Assembly: GCA_938005315.1 (NCBI GenBank)
Contig: CALLOB010000037.1
Span: 5,393-69,392 of the forward strand
Reading direction: 5' to 3'
DNA from: an uncultured Phycisphaerae bacterium
GTDB taxonomy: Bacteria; Planctomycetota; Phycisphaerae; UBA1845; PWPN01
Length of the DNA: 64,000 nucleotides
Shown: positions 40,259 through 49,382 of the stretch, in pieces
How positions within the stretch are numbered: the stretch's first letter is position 1
Layout of the letters: every line of letters begins with the position of its first letter
Notes under the pieces: model-generated
Told to the model about the DNA's origin: nothing
Seen by the model: the letters and a program-made list of their open reading frames with translations, nothing else
The model's database searches: none
Program-made: the position numbers and the translations under genes

Positions 40259-41518
40259 CTACCGCGTGCCGTTGAACTCCCGCACCGCGTCGATCATCGC
40301 GACGATGTTGGCCAACGGGGTTCGGGCCTGCACGTTGTGAATCGCGTTGAAGACGAAGCCGCCGCCGGGGGCGAAGACCTCGCACCGCCGCAACACCTGC
40401 TCTCGGACCTCCTCCGGCGTACCGAAAGGCAGCGTTTTCTGCGTGTCGACGCCGCCGCCCCAGAAGACGATCCGCTCGCCGTACCGTTTCTTGAGAAGCA
40501 CCGGATCCATACCCGCCGCGGAGCACTGCACCGGGTTGAGCACATCGAAGCCGGACTCGATGAACAGCGGGATGAACTTCTCCACCGCGCCGCACGAGTG
40601 CTTCATGCTCTTCCATCGCGTGTGGGCGTGGATCCAGCCGTTGATGCGCCTGTAGTACGGCATGTACAGCTCACGGAACGCGTCCGTCGAGCAGAACGAC
40701 GACGTCTGGGTGCCGAAATCCGTGCCGCAGACGAAAACGGCGTCGACGTTGTCGCCCACCGCCCGGTGGATCGCCTCCAGATTGGCCAGTCCGATCTCGC
40801 ACTGCCGCTGGAAGACGTGGTGAACGTAGTCGCGACGGCTGACCGTGGACATGTACCACTCGGCGATGTCGCGGATACCCCGGGGATGCTTCAGAAACGG
40901 CGCCGGCACCAGGGCGATGTCGCCGAAGGCCGTGCCGCCGAACGTGGCCGCCACGCCCAGTCCGGTGGCCGCGGCCCGGGCGGTTTCCCGGCGGAAATGC
41001 TCCAGCACGTCAGGGCCCAGCGGCTGAAACTCCTCGCAGTTGTCGGCCGGATCGAGCCGGTCCTCGTCGATCGGCTCCTGGCGCACGATGGCATCGAAAT
41101 AGAATCCACCTTTAGGCAGTCGGCCGCTGGGCGGCACGGAGGTGTCTCCCTGGGGGTGGATGTAGGTATTGCCCTCGGCGTCGACCGTGGTGTTGAAGTC
41201 GCCGCCGACCAGCACCTCCAGGCCGTCCGGAGTCCGCCAGGGCTTCCAGTTGTCGTTGAGCGTGCCGAACAGGGTTCGCGGGCCGGTCACGCCGATGACG
41301 TCCACGCCCATCGCCCTGATGAGGTCCTCCTCGATCAGCCCGAGCATCTGAAAAGGCTCGTGCATCTTCACCGGCCGCTTTTCCAGCCCGTAGTATTCGC
41401 GCAACGCGGCCACACAGGTGACATGCATGCCCGAGCACGGCGTGCCGCCGAAATCGACGGGCACGGCGTCGGGCTGTCGGTGGGCCAGTGATGTCTGCAG
41501 ACGTTCCCGGCTGGTCAT
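40259..41518 (-). CDS. Uroporphyrinogen decarboxylase-family / MtaA-like protein
   Basis: MTSRER...PDAVPVDFGG, DFGTQ, HSCG, LNPVQ, FWGGGVDTQ and GGFVFNAIHN motifs. Confidence 0.9.
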   Translation of the reverse strand: MTSRERLQTSLAHRQPDAVPVDFGGTPCSGMHVTCVAALREYYGLEKRPVKMHEPFQMLGLIEEDLIRAMGVDVIGVTGPRTLFGTLNDNWKPWRTPDGLEVLVGGDFNTTVDAEGNTYIHPQGDTSVPPSGRLPKGGFYFDAIVRQEPIDEDRLDPADNCEEFQPLGPDVLEHFRRETARAAATGLGVAATFGGTAFGDIALVPAPFLKHPRGIRDIAEWYMSTVSRRDYVHHVFQRQCEIGLANLEAIHRAVGDNVDAVFVCGTDFGTQTSSFCSTDAFRELYMPYYRRINGWIHAHTRWKSMKHSCGAVEKFIPLFIESGFDVLNPVQCSAAGMDPVLLKKRYGERIVFWGGGVDTQKTLPFGTPEEVREQVLRRCEVFAPGGGFVFNAIHNVQARTPLANIVAMIDAVREFNGTR

Positions 41519-42054
41519 GACACACCTCGCATTCCGGATGAGCTGCGGTCGCGCACATGGTATCCGACGGTTTTCTTCAAGGCCACCGTTCGCGGCGTCG
41601 GAAAGCCAGCGGGAAGCGATGCTGGATGTCCGCGGCGTTCCTTGCCTCCGTGCGCCGCCCCCGTGCCTACGGGGCGGCGGAGCCCGAGGACGGTTGCCCT
41701 TGTCGGAGATCACGCGGCCGGCTCCGCCGCGAGAATGCGATGGATCATGGCCGTAGCGGGGGGACCGGTCGAGGTGGGAGGCCGTCCGGTCGGCGGCAGG
41801 GCCGGTGTCGAGACCTCCCCTCGCTCCCGCCGGGAGCAGAAATGGCTCTGGCGGGCGCTCACGTCCTGGAGGGACGCGCAATGCGACGGGGCGAGCCCGG
41901 TAAGGCCCCGCTCTGTCGGGACCGTAGAACCGAACGCGACGGCACAGGCCGCTTTGGGGCCGAGGGGCTGATTACCAGCCGGCGATCTGCAACGGATTGA
42001 AAACCGGCCCAGCTGAAGCCGCCGTAAGTTTTTATAGTAATCAGTTACAATCAC

Positions 42055-42128
42055 AGGCGGCGATGGGATTCGAACCCATGAATAACGGATTTGCAATCCG
42101 TCCCCTTGGTCCACTTGGGTACGCCGCC
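42055..42128 (-). tRNA. tRNA-Cys(GCA)
   Basis: GGCGGCGTACCCAAGTGG...ACGGA-TTGCAAA-TCCGT...GGTTCGAATCC...CGCCGCCT. Confidence 0.96.
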
Positions 42129-42280
42129 GGGACCTGTCCGCCGGAGCCCGCCCGGTGGGGACAGACGGCATTATAAGCGATCTCCGGTCCTTTCCAAGCG
42201 CCTGGGGGCTGCGGCCGCGAGGGCGGGGTGCGCGACAGCCCGGGCGGGGTTGCCCGAGGCCCCGGCAGGGGGAACGTCTC

Positions 42281-42343
42281 GAAGGGATGCGCTCCGGCGT
42301 GTCCTTTTCGGGGTTCCCGGAGGGACGCGCTCCGTCGCGTCCC
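42281..42343. repeat. Two REP-like palindromes
   Basis: GGAGGGACGCG-CTCCGT-CGCGTCCC (42319-42343) and the degenerate copy GAAGGGATGCG-CTCCGG-CGTGTCC (42281-42304). Confidence 0.6.
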
Positions 42344-42406
42344 GCTGTTTCCGGGGGAAGGCCGGCACCTGGACTTCTGGCCTGCGGCCTTGCAGAACAT
42401 CCCTGC

Positions 42407-42763
42407 TCAGTGCGTGCACTCCCTGGCCGCGGCGGCGTAGACCTCCAGGTTGGCCCGGGGGGTTTCGAAGAAATGGTCGGAGGTCGAGAGGATGTAGTCG
42501 CCGTCGCGGCCGAAGCCCTCGAACGGCCGCCGCACCTCGACGCGGATCCGGTCGTGCGTTCCGTCGGTCAGGATGTTGAACTGGTCCATGCCGCCGATCA
42601 TGGCCAGCCGGCCGGTGAAGGCCCGGCGGACCTGCGCCGGATCGGCGATGTTGCCGCCCATGTGGTGCTGCAGATGGTAACCCTGCCACTGGTGCACTGT
42701 CACCGGCAGCCGGTCGGGCTTTTCGCGGTGCAGGGCCCGCATCATTCTCTCCCTGGAAGTCAT
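42407..42763 (-). pseudogene. Internally deleted UroD-family gene (N-terminus fused to C-terminus)
   Basis: 118 aa. MTSRERMMRALHREKPDRLPVT...MGG joined directly to ...MIGGMDQ...GDYILSTSDH. Central barrel missing. Confidence 0.75.
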
Positions 42764-42803
42764 GTCGCACTCCTTCGGGCTGGAGGGCGGGCCCTCACCG
42801 GCG

Positions 42804-43679
42804 TCAGTAGGTCCGGTTCTGACAGGTGATGAACGCGTTATACCAGCTGCGGAACGGGATCACGGTGTAGCCGGCGGTCACGTGCCGGGCCTTGCGGATC
42901 TCGGTGTAGGCCACGTGCCCGTCCATGAACGCGATGTTGTGCATCGAGGCATCGACGTCCATGCCGGGCCGGCGGCCGTGAAACTCCACGTGCACGGCCG
43001 AGGTGAAGTTCCAGCAGTCCTCCCAGCCGTAGTCGCCCATGAGCACGAGCTGCGACTCGTTGGAAATCATGCTGCGGGTCAGGTTCGCCAGGCTGTTGCG
43101 GACCTTCTCGATCTCCTCGCGGCAGGGATCCTCCCAGGCCGGCTCCGGCGGCCGGGGACCGATGAGGAAACGGTTGGTGCGGTAGCTGGTACCGAAGTAG
43201 TCGTAGTGCGTGCCGTCGTAGACGCCGGGCCAGTCGGTGATCGGCCCACGGTCACCGGGACACCTGAACACGGCCGTGGCGCTGTCGCTGTCGGTGGTCG
43301 GGGGGATGCCGAAATAGCGGTTCAGCGGGCGGCGCGGCAGCTCGGCCAGCTCGCCGGCGGCCGCCATCCGGCTGAACTTGATCCCGTTCTTGCCGCCGTA
43401 GGTGATGTTGCCGAAGAAGCCGACCGGAAAGGCCCCCGGCACGGAGTTCGGCCGGCTGGCGGCCCGGTCCGGATCGCGGGGGTAGCGCCCGCGGCTGGAG
43501 TCGAGATACTGGTGCCAGCACACCGCGATCTGGTGGAGGTTGGAGCGGCATGTGACCGACCGGGCCTGGCTTCGCACGGTGGCCAGGGCCGGCACCAGCA
43601 GCGCCGCCATCAGGGCGATGATGCCGATGACCACCAGCAGCTCGATCAGCGTGAAGCCCCGGCGGGATGGAGCGATCAT
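42804..43679 (-). CDS. Prepilin-type N-terminal cleavage/methylation protein (DUF1559/H-X9-DG type)
   Basis: RRGFTLIELLVVIGIIALMAALLVPAL...C.SNL.QI and C-terminal HNIAFMDGHV. Confidence 0.92.
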   Translation of the reverse strand: MIAPSRRGFTLIELLVVIGIIALMAALLVPALATVRSQARSVTCRSNLHQIAVCWHQYLDSSRGRYPRDPDRAASRPNSVPGAFPVGFFGNITYGGKNGIKFSRMAAAGELAELPRRPLNRYFGIPPTTDSDSATAVFRCPGDRGPITDWPGVYDGTHYDYFGTSYRTNRFLIGPRPPEPAWEDPCREEIEKVRNSLANLTRSMISNESQLVLMGDYGWEDCWNFTSAVHVEFHGRRPGMDVDASMHNIAFMDGHVAYTEIRKARHVTAGYTVIPFRSWYNAFITCQNRTY

Positions 43680-45805
43680 GGTGCCTTCGCCTCCTCTCCG
43701 GTCGCCTCTGGAGCCTGCGGGGCCGGGATGGCCGAGACCGGCGCGGGGCCGGCAGCTGCGGCTGAGGGGCCATTGGTCAGAACGGGCGGCTCCCTGAGCT
43801 CCATCTGACGCAGAATCTCCGCCCGCCGGAGTCGCTGCATGGGGTTCAGCCCGCCGTTGAGTCCCGCGGCCTGGGCGGCAAGTCGCAGCGCCGCCTCGCG
43901 GTCTCCCAGGGTCCATCGGGCCAGGGCTGCGACCCAGACGGCCATGGGTTCCGGCTGCGAAGTCGCCTGGAGCGCTCGCTCGGCCTCCTGCAGGGCCCGT
44001 GCCGGGTCGCGCAGCTCCGGCGGCACGACAGTCAGCAGGAGCCAGGCGTGCTCGATGATCATCTCGGGCCGGGCGGTGGGCAGGTGGGCCAGTTCATGCC
44101 GCAGGCGCAGGGCCTTTTCGGCACAGGCCTCGGCCAGCTCGGTGTTGCCCAGTTCATCGGCTACGGCTCCCAACCGCTGGCAGCCGAGGGCCATGAGATC
44201 GCGCCAGAGAGGATTCTGCGGGGACGTGGCCACCAGCCGCTCGGCCAGCCGGTGGGCCTGCCCGTAGTGCAAGTAGGCCGAATCCCTGTCGCCGACCATG
44301 GCCATGGCCAGTCCCGCCCGGAGGTGGCTCTCGGCGACCTTCGCCTGCCGCTGGAGGTTGGTCGGGTGCATGGCCGCGAGGTTCTGGTTCATGCCCAGGG
44401 CCCCCAGATAGTGCCCCAGGGCTTCGGTCAGATCGCCGCGGGCCAGGGCCTCGTCGCCCTGGCGGGTCATGACGCCCGAGAACCGCAGGCTGACCCGGAC
44501 GGTCTCGTCCTGGGAGGCCTGGGCGATGTCGCGCTCGTGCTGCAGGTTCTGGTACATGCCCCACAGCGTGATCGAGAAGACCGAGGTCAGGACCACGCTG
44601 ATGGAGGCCACCAGCACCGCCGCCCGGTAGCGGGCCAGCGACTTGCGCAGCACGTGGATTCCGGCCTCGCGCCGGGCCTCGATCGGCTGGCCGGCGAGGT
44701 AGCGGTTGATGTCGTCGTGCAGGGCGGCGACGTTCGGGTAGCGCCGTTCGGGATCCTTGGCCAGGGCCCGCAGGATGATGGTTTCGATCTCGTCGTCGAT
44801 CGGGCAGGCGCCGTGCCGGCCGCTTCTGGACCTCGAAGCGCCGACGCCGGCCCCGGCCGTCCAGGCTTTGGCGGGCGGGAGCGGCGGCGTGTAGACGATG
44901 TGGTTGAGCACGTCGGCGATCGGCCCGACGGTCGAGTACGGGTAGCGGCCGGTGAGGATCAGGTAGAGGATGACGCCGAGGGTATAGACGTCGGTGCGGA
45001 TGTCGATGGTTTCGTGCTCGCCGCGGGCCTGCTCGGGCGACATGTACGGGATGGTGCCCATGACCTGCCCGGTGGTCGACAGGAAGGTCCCGGTGGTCTC
45101 GGTGAGCTGCTTGGCCAGCCCGAAGTCGAGCACCTTGGGGACGCCCGCGGCATCCACCAGGATGTTGGAGGGCTTCAGGTCGCGGTGGATGACGCCGCGG
45201 CGGTGGGCGAAGTTGACCGCGTCGCAGACCGTGGCGAACAGCCGCAGCGTGTCCTCCAGGTCGAGGTTGCCGGCCCAGACGTAGCGGTGCAGGGGCAGGC
45301 CGCGGACGTAGTCCATGACGTAGTAGAGATGCCCGTCGGAGGAGGTCCCCGAGTCGAAGATCTCGATGATGTTGGGGTGCTTGAGGGCCCGCACCAGCTC
45401 GATCTCCCGCTCGAAGCGGCGGCGCATGTCGCCGGAGGCGTGACCACCCTCGCGGAGGAACTTGATCGCCACCGGACGTCCGGTGGACTCCTGGACGCCG
45501 TAGTAGACCACGCCCTGCGAGCCGCGGTGGATGGAATGCAGGATCTGGTAACCCGCCACGGTGGGAATGAAGGGCTCGCCGGGCGTCCGCGGCGGACTCT
45601 CGGCCAGCCTGACGGTGGCGTCACCGCCCGCGCTGAGGACCTGCCGCACGGTGTCTTCGAACCCGAGGTTCTGCTCCCACTCGGCCAGCAGCTTGCGGCA
45701 GGCAGGACAGTGGCTGACGTGGGCGCGCAGCGGAGCAGTCTCGGAGGCCAGGCTGACGCCGGACACCAGCAGCTCGAGCTGTTCGTCGGTCAGGCACTCG
45801 CCCAT
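43676..45805 (-). CDS. Ser/Thr protein kinase with N-terminal zf-HC2 anti-sigma-like motif, TM and TPR region
   Basis: HVSHCPAC, VAIK, HRDLKPSN, DFGLAK and GTIPYMSPEQ motifs, then a TM helix and helical repeats. Confidence 0.94.
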   Translation of the reverse strand: MGECLTDEQLELLVSGVSLASETAPLRAHVSHCPACRKLLAEWEQNLGFEDTVRQVLSAGGDATVRLAESPPRTPGEPFIPTVAGYQILHSIHRGSQGVVYYGVQESTGRPVAIKFLREGGHASGDMRRRFEREIELVRALKHPNIIEIFDSGTSSDGHLYYVMDYVRGLPLHRYVWAGNLDLEDTLRLFATVCDAVNFAHRRGVIHRDLKPSNILVDAAGVPKVLDFGLAKQLTETTGTFLSTTGQVMGTIPYMSPEQARGEHETIDIRTDVYTLGVILYLILTGRYPYSTVGPIADVLNHIVYTPPLPPAKAWTAGAGVGASRSRSGRHGACPIDDEIETIILRALAKDPERRYPNVAALHDDINRYLAGQPIEARREAGIHVLRKSLARYRAAVLVASISVVLTSVFSITLWGMYQNLQHERDIAQASQDETVRVSLRFSGVMTRQGDEALARGDLTEALGHYLGALGMNQNLAAMHPTNLQRQAKVAESHLRAGLAMAMVGDRDSAYLHYGQAHRLAERLVATSPQNPLWRDLMALGCQRLGAVADELGNTELAEACAEKALRLRHELAHLPTARPEMIIEHAWLLLTVVPPELRDPARALQEAERALQATSQPEPMAVWVAALARWTLGDREAALRLAAQAAGLNGGLNPMQRLRRAEILRQMELREPPVLTNGPSAAAAGPAPVSAIPAPQAPEATGEEAKAP

Positions 45806-45811
45806 GGTCGT

Positions 45812-46402
45812 CTACCAGTTCGCATCGACGTACCGATACGCCTCGCGCAGGCGGGTCAACACGCGGCGCTTGGCCTTGAACACCGCGTTCCGCGAAATAC
45901 CCAGTTCCGCGGCCACCTTATCGGCCGGCCACTCCCGCAGTACGAACAGCTCGAAGGCCTGCACGGTGGTGGTCTCCATGCACTTGCGAACCTTCTCCAT
46001 GCAGGTTTCCATGACCACCCGGTGCCACTCGGCCTCCCAGATCTCGCCCAGGGCGCGGTCGTCGGGCAGCCGGTCGATCGCGTCGTCGCCCCCGTCGGGA
46101 CCGGAGGCGGCCGCGATCCGCCGGTTGCGCCGCTGGATGTCGCGGATCTTGTGGGCGGCGATGCCGAACAGCCAGGTGCGCAAGCGCCCGCGGGAGCGGT
46201 CGTACTGCCCCTTGACATAGCCGTCGACGAAGGCCAGAAGCGTTTCCTGGGCAGCGTCCTGGGCATCCTCCTCCGACAGCCCCAGCCTCCGGGCCACCGC
46301 GATCAGCAGCGGGTGGTAGCGGGCGTAGAAGTCGGCCCAGACCTGCTCGTTCTGGAGCCCCTTCAAGCCGACCAGCAGCGTCGTGTGGGTGATGCTGCTC
46401 AT
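45812..46402 (-). CDS. ECF RNA polymerase sigma factor
   Basis: THTTLL...W.DF..RY, DAQDAAQE, RGRLRTWL and region-4 VAAELGISRNAVFKAKRR. Confidence 0.92.
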   Translation of the reverse strand: MSSITHTTLLVGLKGLQNEQVWADFYARYHPLLIAVARRLGLSEEDAQDAAQETLLAFVDGYVKGQYDRSRGRLRTWLFGIAAHKIRDIQRRNRRIAAASGPDGGDDAIDRLPDDRALGEIWEAEWHRVVMETCMEKVRKCMETTTVQAFELFVLREWPADKVAAELGISRNAVFKAKRRVLTRLREAYRYVDANW

Positions 46403-46847
46403 GGCGACCGAACCGGTTCCCCCGGAGCCCGGGGCCGCCGGCGGTCCCCGGACACACCCGACAGCACGCCGACGTGCCCGCCCGCCAGCGGCGCGGTCGA
46501 TAATCACCCCGCCGGCATGATCGGCCTCGCGCGGACGGGATGCGCCGGATGCCCGGCAAGACCCGCGAAGGTTACCGGCAACAGGCTATTGTAGCCCCGG
46601 TTGCAGCAGGACTGCAACCGCCCAGTCGTTCCGGCTGCAATCCCTGATCCCGGCCGCTTATGGCCGGAAACCCTGCGGAATGGCGTTTCGGGTGCAATGC
46701 GGCCGGTCAGCCGCCTCTGGCGCTGATTCAGGGGACAACCGAGCGGATCGGTCGTACCCGGACGTTTCGGAAGGGTTCACCCCGCGTTGTGCGCTGCCGC
46801 CACCCCATGGCCTGCGGCCGTTCGAGGGCGATTCGCCCTGTGAACGG

Positions 46848-47684
46848 CTAGGGATTGGGAACGACGTAGAGCGTGCAGGAACCGTCCGGGCGACTGGTTG
46901 CGCCGGGAAGGCGGAAATACTCGGCGGCATGGGGAGTGTTCAGCAGGATCGCCTTTCCGCCCCGTTTCAGCAGCGACGGTAGACGCTCGAGAAAAGCTTT
47001 CAACAGGGGCCCGGTGTCGCCGTCGTGGTAGAGGCACTCTTCAAGCCCGCCCGCCGGCTCGAGAAAAGGCATGTTCCAGAGCACGTAGTCGAAGTCGCGG
47101 AAGTCCTCCGGCAACTGAACCCTGGTGATGTCCCCCACCACGGCCCTGATCGGGAAACCGGCGATCCGGGCCGTGGTTCTGGCATTGACCACCGCCACGG
47201 GGTTCAACTCCACCACCCGGATCAGACTCTGCGATTTCAGCCAGGCGACCCAGGCGTCGGCCCCGGAGCCGGTGCCGACGACCAGCACCTTGTCGCCGGG
47301 CCTGATGTCGCTGGCCAGGATGGCGTTGTAGTAGGCCTTGTCATCCATCGTAGGCACGAAAACGGTGGGAAAGACCGGAATCAGGATCTCCTGAACGGAC
47401 GGATCCTGGCGATCGAGGCGCGCGTCGAGGTCGCGGTAGCTGCCGACCGGTCCGGTAGACCAGCCGTTGTCATCGACTCTCAGATAGTGCCAGCCGCTGT
47501 AGGCGAGATACTCCGGAGGCGACCAGTCCCCCGACGGGGGCGCGGCCGGCCTGGATTCGGGTTGGCCGACCTGCGGCGCGGCCGGCCGATCCATCGTCAG
47601 CCGGGCGACCGCAAGCCCTCCGAGCACCACCCCGAGAAGAAACGGACGCAGCGTGCCGACGCCGGCTGCCCATCGCCTCAGCAT
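46848..47684 (-). CDS. Class I SAM-dependent methyltransferase with N-terminal TM anchor
   Basis: VLVVGTGSG motif I, ELNPVAV and WNMPF (NPPF-like). Hydrophobic N-terminal segment. Confidence 0.8.
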   Translation of the reverse strand: MLRRWAAGVGTLRPFLLGVVLGGLAVARLTMDRPAAPQVGQPESRPAAPPSGDWSPPEYLAYSGWHYLRVDDNGWSTGPVGSYRDLDARLDRQDPSVQEILIPVFPTVFVPTMDDKAYYNAILASDIRPGDKVLVVGTGSGADAWVAWLKSQSLIRVVELNPVAVVNARTTARIAGFPIRAVVGDITRVQLPEDFRDFDYVLWNMPFLEPAGGLEECLYHDGDTGPLLKAFLERLPSLLKRGGKAILLNTPHAAEYFRLPGATSRPDGSCTLYVVPNP

Positions 47685-48130
47685 GCCCGTGCCGTCCCTT
47701 CTCTGCCGCGCGGTTCCGCTGGCATCGGCATTCCGTGAAGTCTCCCTTGGCCCCTGACTCCCGCCTGCGAACCGATCCGCGCCAGGCGGAGCCGGGTGCT
47801 GGTCGCCGACAAAGCCATGGCCGGCGGGCGGATGATCGGCGCCGCGCGAAGCTGCTGCGCTGAACGGGCGGCCGCTCCCCCGCGCGGCTGCCCGATCGGC
47901 CGATTGTAATTGCGATCGCAGCACGACCGCAACAGCCTGACAGATCGGCAATCGCCGAGCGGCGGTTCTGAGCCGCCACGGATCCCGGCGGCCGGTAGAG
48001 AGTCCGGGCGCTACGGCGCTTCGCGCCATCCTGATGACATTGTCCGCCATCGCGGCCGGCAGGTACGGCCGGGCGGTATGGTGCCGCGCCGGCGGGCTTG
48101 GCCGGTTCGCTCAGCCCGCCCTCCGGAGCC

Positions 48131-48463
48131 TTGTCGCAGTCGGCGCAGGCCACGCCGGCTCGGGCGTGCGTGCCCTGGTTCCAAATCTCGAACTCCTCGT
48201 GGCAGCGCACGCAGGAGATCGCCTCACTCCCCGGACGGGGTGGGCGGAACATGGCACTCGTTGCATACCGCCACGGCACGGTGGCTGGAACGCGTCCAGC
48301 CCTCGAAGTGATCGCGCATCACATGGCAGTTGGCACAGGCGGCCGGATCGTCGGTCAGGTACGAGGCGCCCTGTGCGCAGACGAACGTATAGACTCCGGC
48401 CCCGACCAGGGTTCCTGAGGAGGCTCACAGAATGGCAAGCCCGATCCTGCGGATTCCAGTCAT
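48131..48463 (-). pseudogene. Collapsed nrfH/nrfA (cytochrome c nitrite reductase) remnant
   Basis: In-frame TGA, then ASYLTDDPAACANCHVMR...W..SSH.AVAVCNECH (NrfH-like). After a frameshift, ISCVRCH is fused to EFEIWNQGTHARAGVACADC (NrfA-like). Confidence 0.8.
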
Positions 48464-48537
48464 GGCCCTTCCACCCGCCAGCCGCCCGCAGGCGGTCGCG
48501 TCCCGCCGCGCCCCCGGCCCCGCCCGGGACCCCGGCG

Positions 48538-49329
48538 CTAGCCGGAGCATTCCGCCCAGGTCTTGGGCGTCTCCCACACGCGGACCCTGGCCAGCGCCGC
48601 ACGACCGAACCGTCCCTCCAGCAGCCGCCAGATGACGGCGGCGATATTCTCCACCGACGGGTTGAGCGAGGCGAACTCGCCGCAGTCCTCGTTGAGATGC
48701 CGGTGGTCGAAGCGCTCGATGACCTGTTCCCGGACCACGCGATGGAGTTCGCCGGGCGGCAGCAGCACGCCGGTCGCGGCGTCCGGCTCGCCGCGCACGG
48801 CCACTTCCAGCTGATAGTTGTGGCCGTGGCCGCTGGGGTTGTTGCATTTCCCGAAGGTCCGGAGGTTCTCCTCATCGCTCAGCGCGGGGCAGTGCAGGCG
48901 GTGAGCGGCCGAGAACTCGAAGCACTCGCTGAGTTCAACCATCGACATGGACCGGATCTCCACCGAGCAGGCCAGGAAGGGCGTGGTCCGCAGACGCCAC
49001 CGGACCCAGCGGGCCCGAGACAGGGGCTGTGCCGCCAGAACGCTCGCCAGCGCCAGCGCCAGACGCTCCGGCGGACAGGGTCCCGCGCGCAGCAGCCGCG
49101 CGGCGGCCGGAATGGCGTGCCTTCGCACCAGATCGTCCAGCACCGAAATGCTTACCAGATAGCCGGTGCGCGAATCGGGCTCGCCGCCGACGACCACCTC
49201 CAGCGCCAGCCAGGGCCCGACGGTTTCCCCGGCCGGCCATCCCCCCCAGGAATTGCCCACCGGCCGATCGGCCGGCCCCAGCGGGCTGAACCGCACCTCG
49301 CGCATCACATGGATCATCCCGCGCATCAT
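48538..49329 (-). CDS. 6-carboxytetrahydropterin synthase / PTPS family, tandem T-fold
   Basis: C-terminal FSAAHRL...GKCNNPSGHGHNY...DHRHLN...SVENIA...VWET. N-terminal copy is degenerate (GEPDSRTGYL). Confidence 0.85.
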   Translation of the reverse strand: MMRGMIHVMREVRFSPLGPADRPVGNSWGGWPAGETVGPWLALEVVVGGEPDSRTGYLVSISVLDDLVRRHAIPAAARLLRAGPCPPERLALALASVLAAQPLSRARWVRWRLRTTPFLACSVEIRSMSMVELSECFEFSAAHRLHCPALSDEENLRTFGKCNNPSGHGHNYQLEVAVRGEPDAATGVLLPPGELHRVVREQVIERFDHRHLNEDCGEFASLNPSVENIAAVIWRLLEGRFGRAALARVRVWETPKTWAECSG

Positions 49330-49382
49330 AGCGATGCGGGCCGCACCCGGGCAACGTCCCGCACGCCGCCGGCGCGGACCAT

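Noticed and set aside
46598..46620. Hairpin CGGTTGCAG-CAGGA-CTGCAACCG as a terminator
   Set aside because: No T-tract on either side, so function cannot be supported.
48425..48427. In-frame TGA as selenocysteine in the nrfH-like frame
   Set aside because: It lies in the TM segment, not at a Cys position, and the rest of the locus is frameshifted and deleted.
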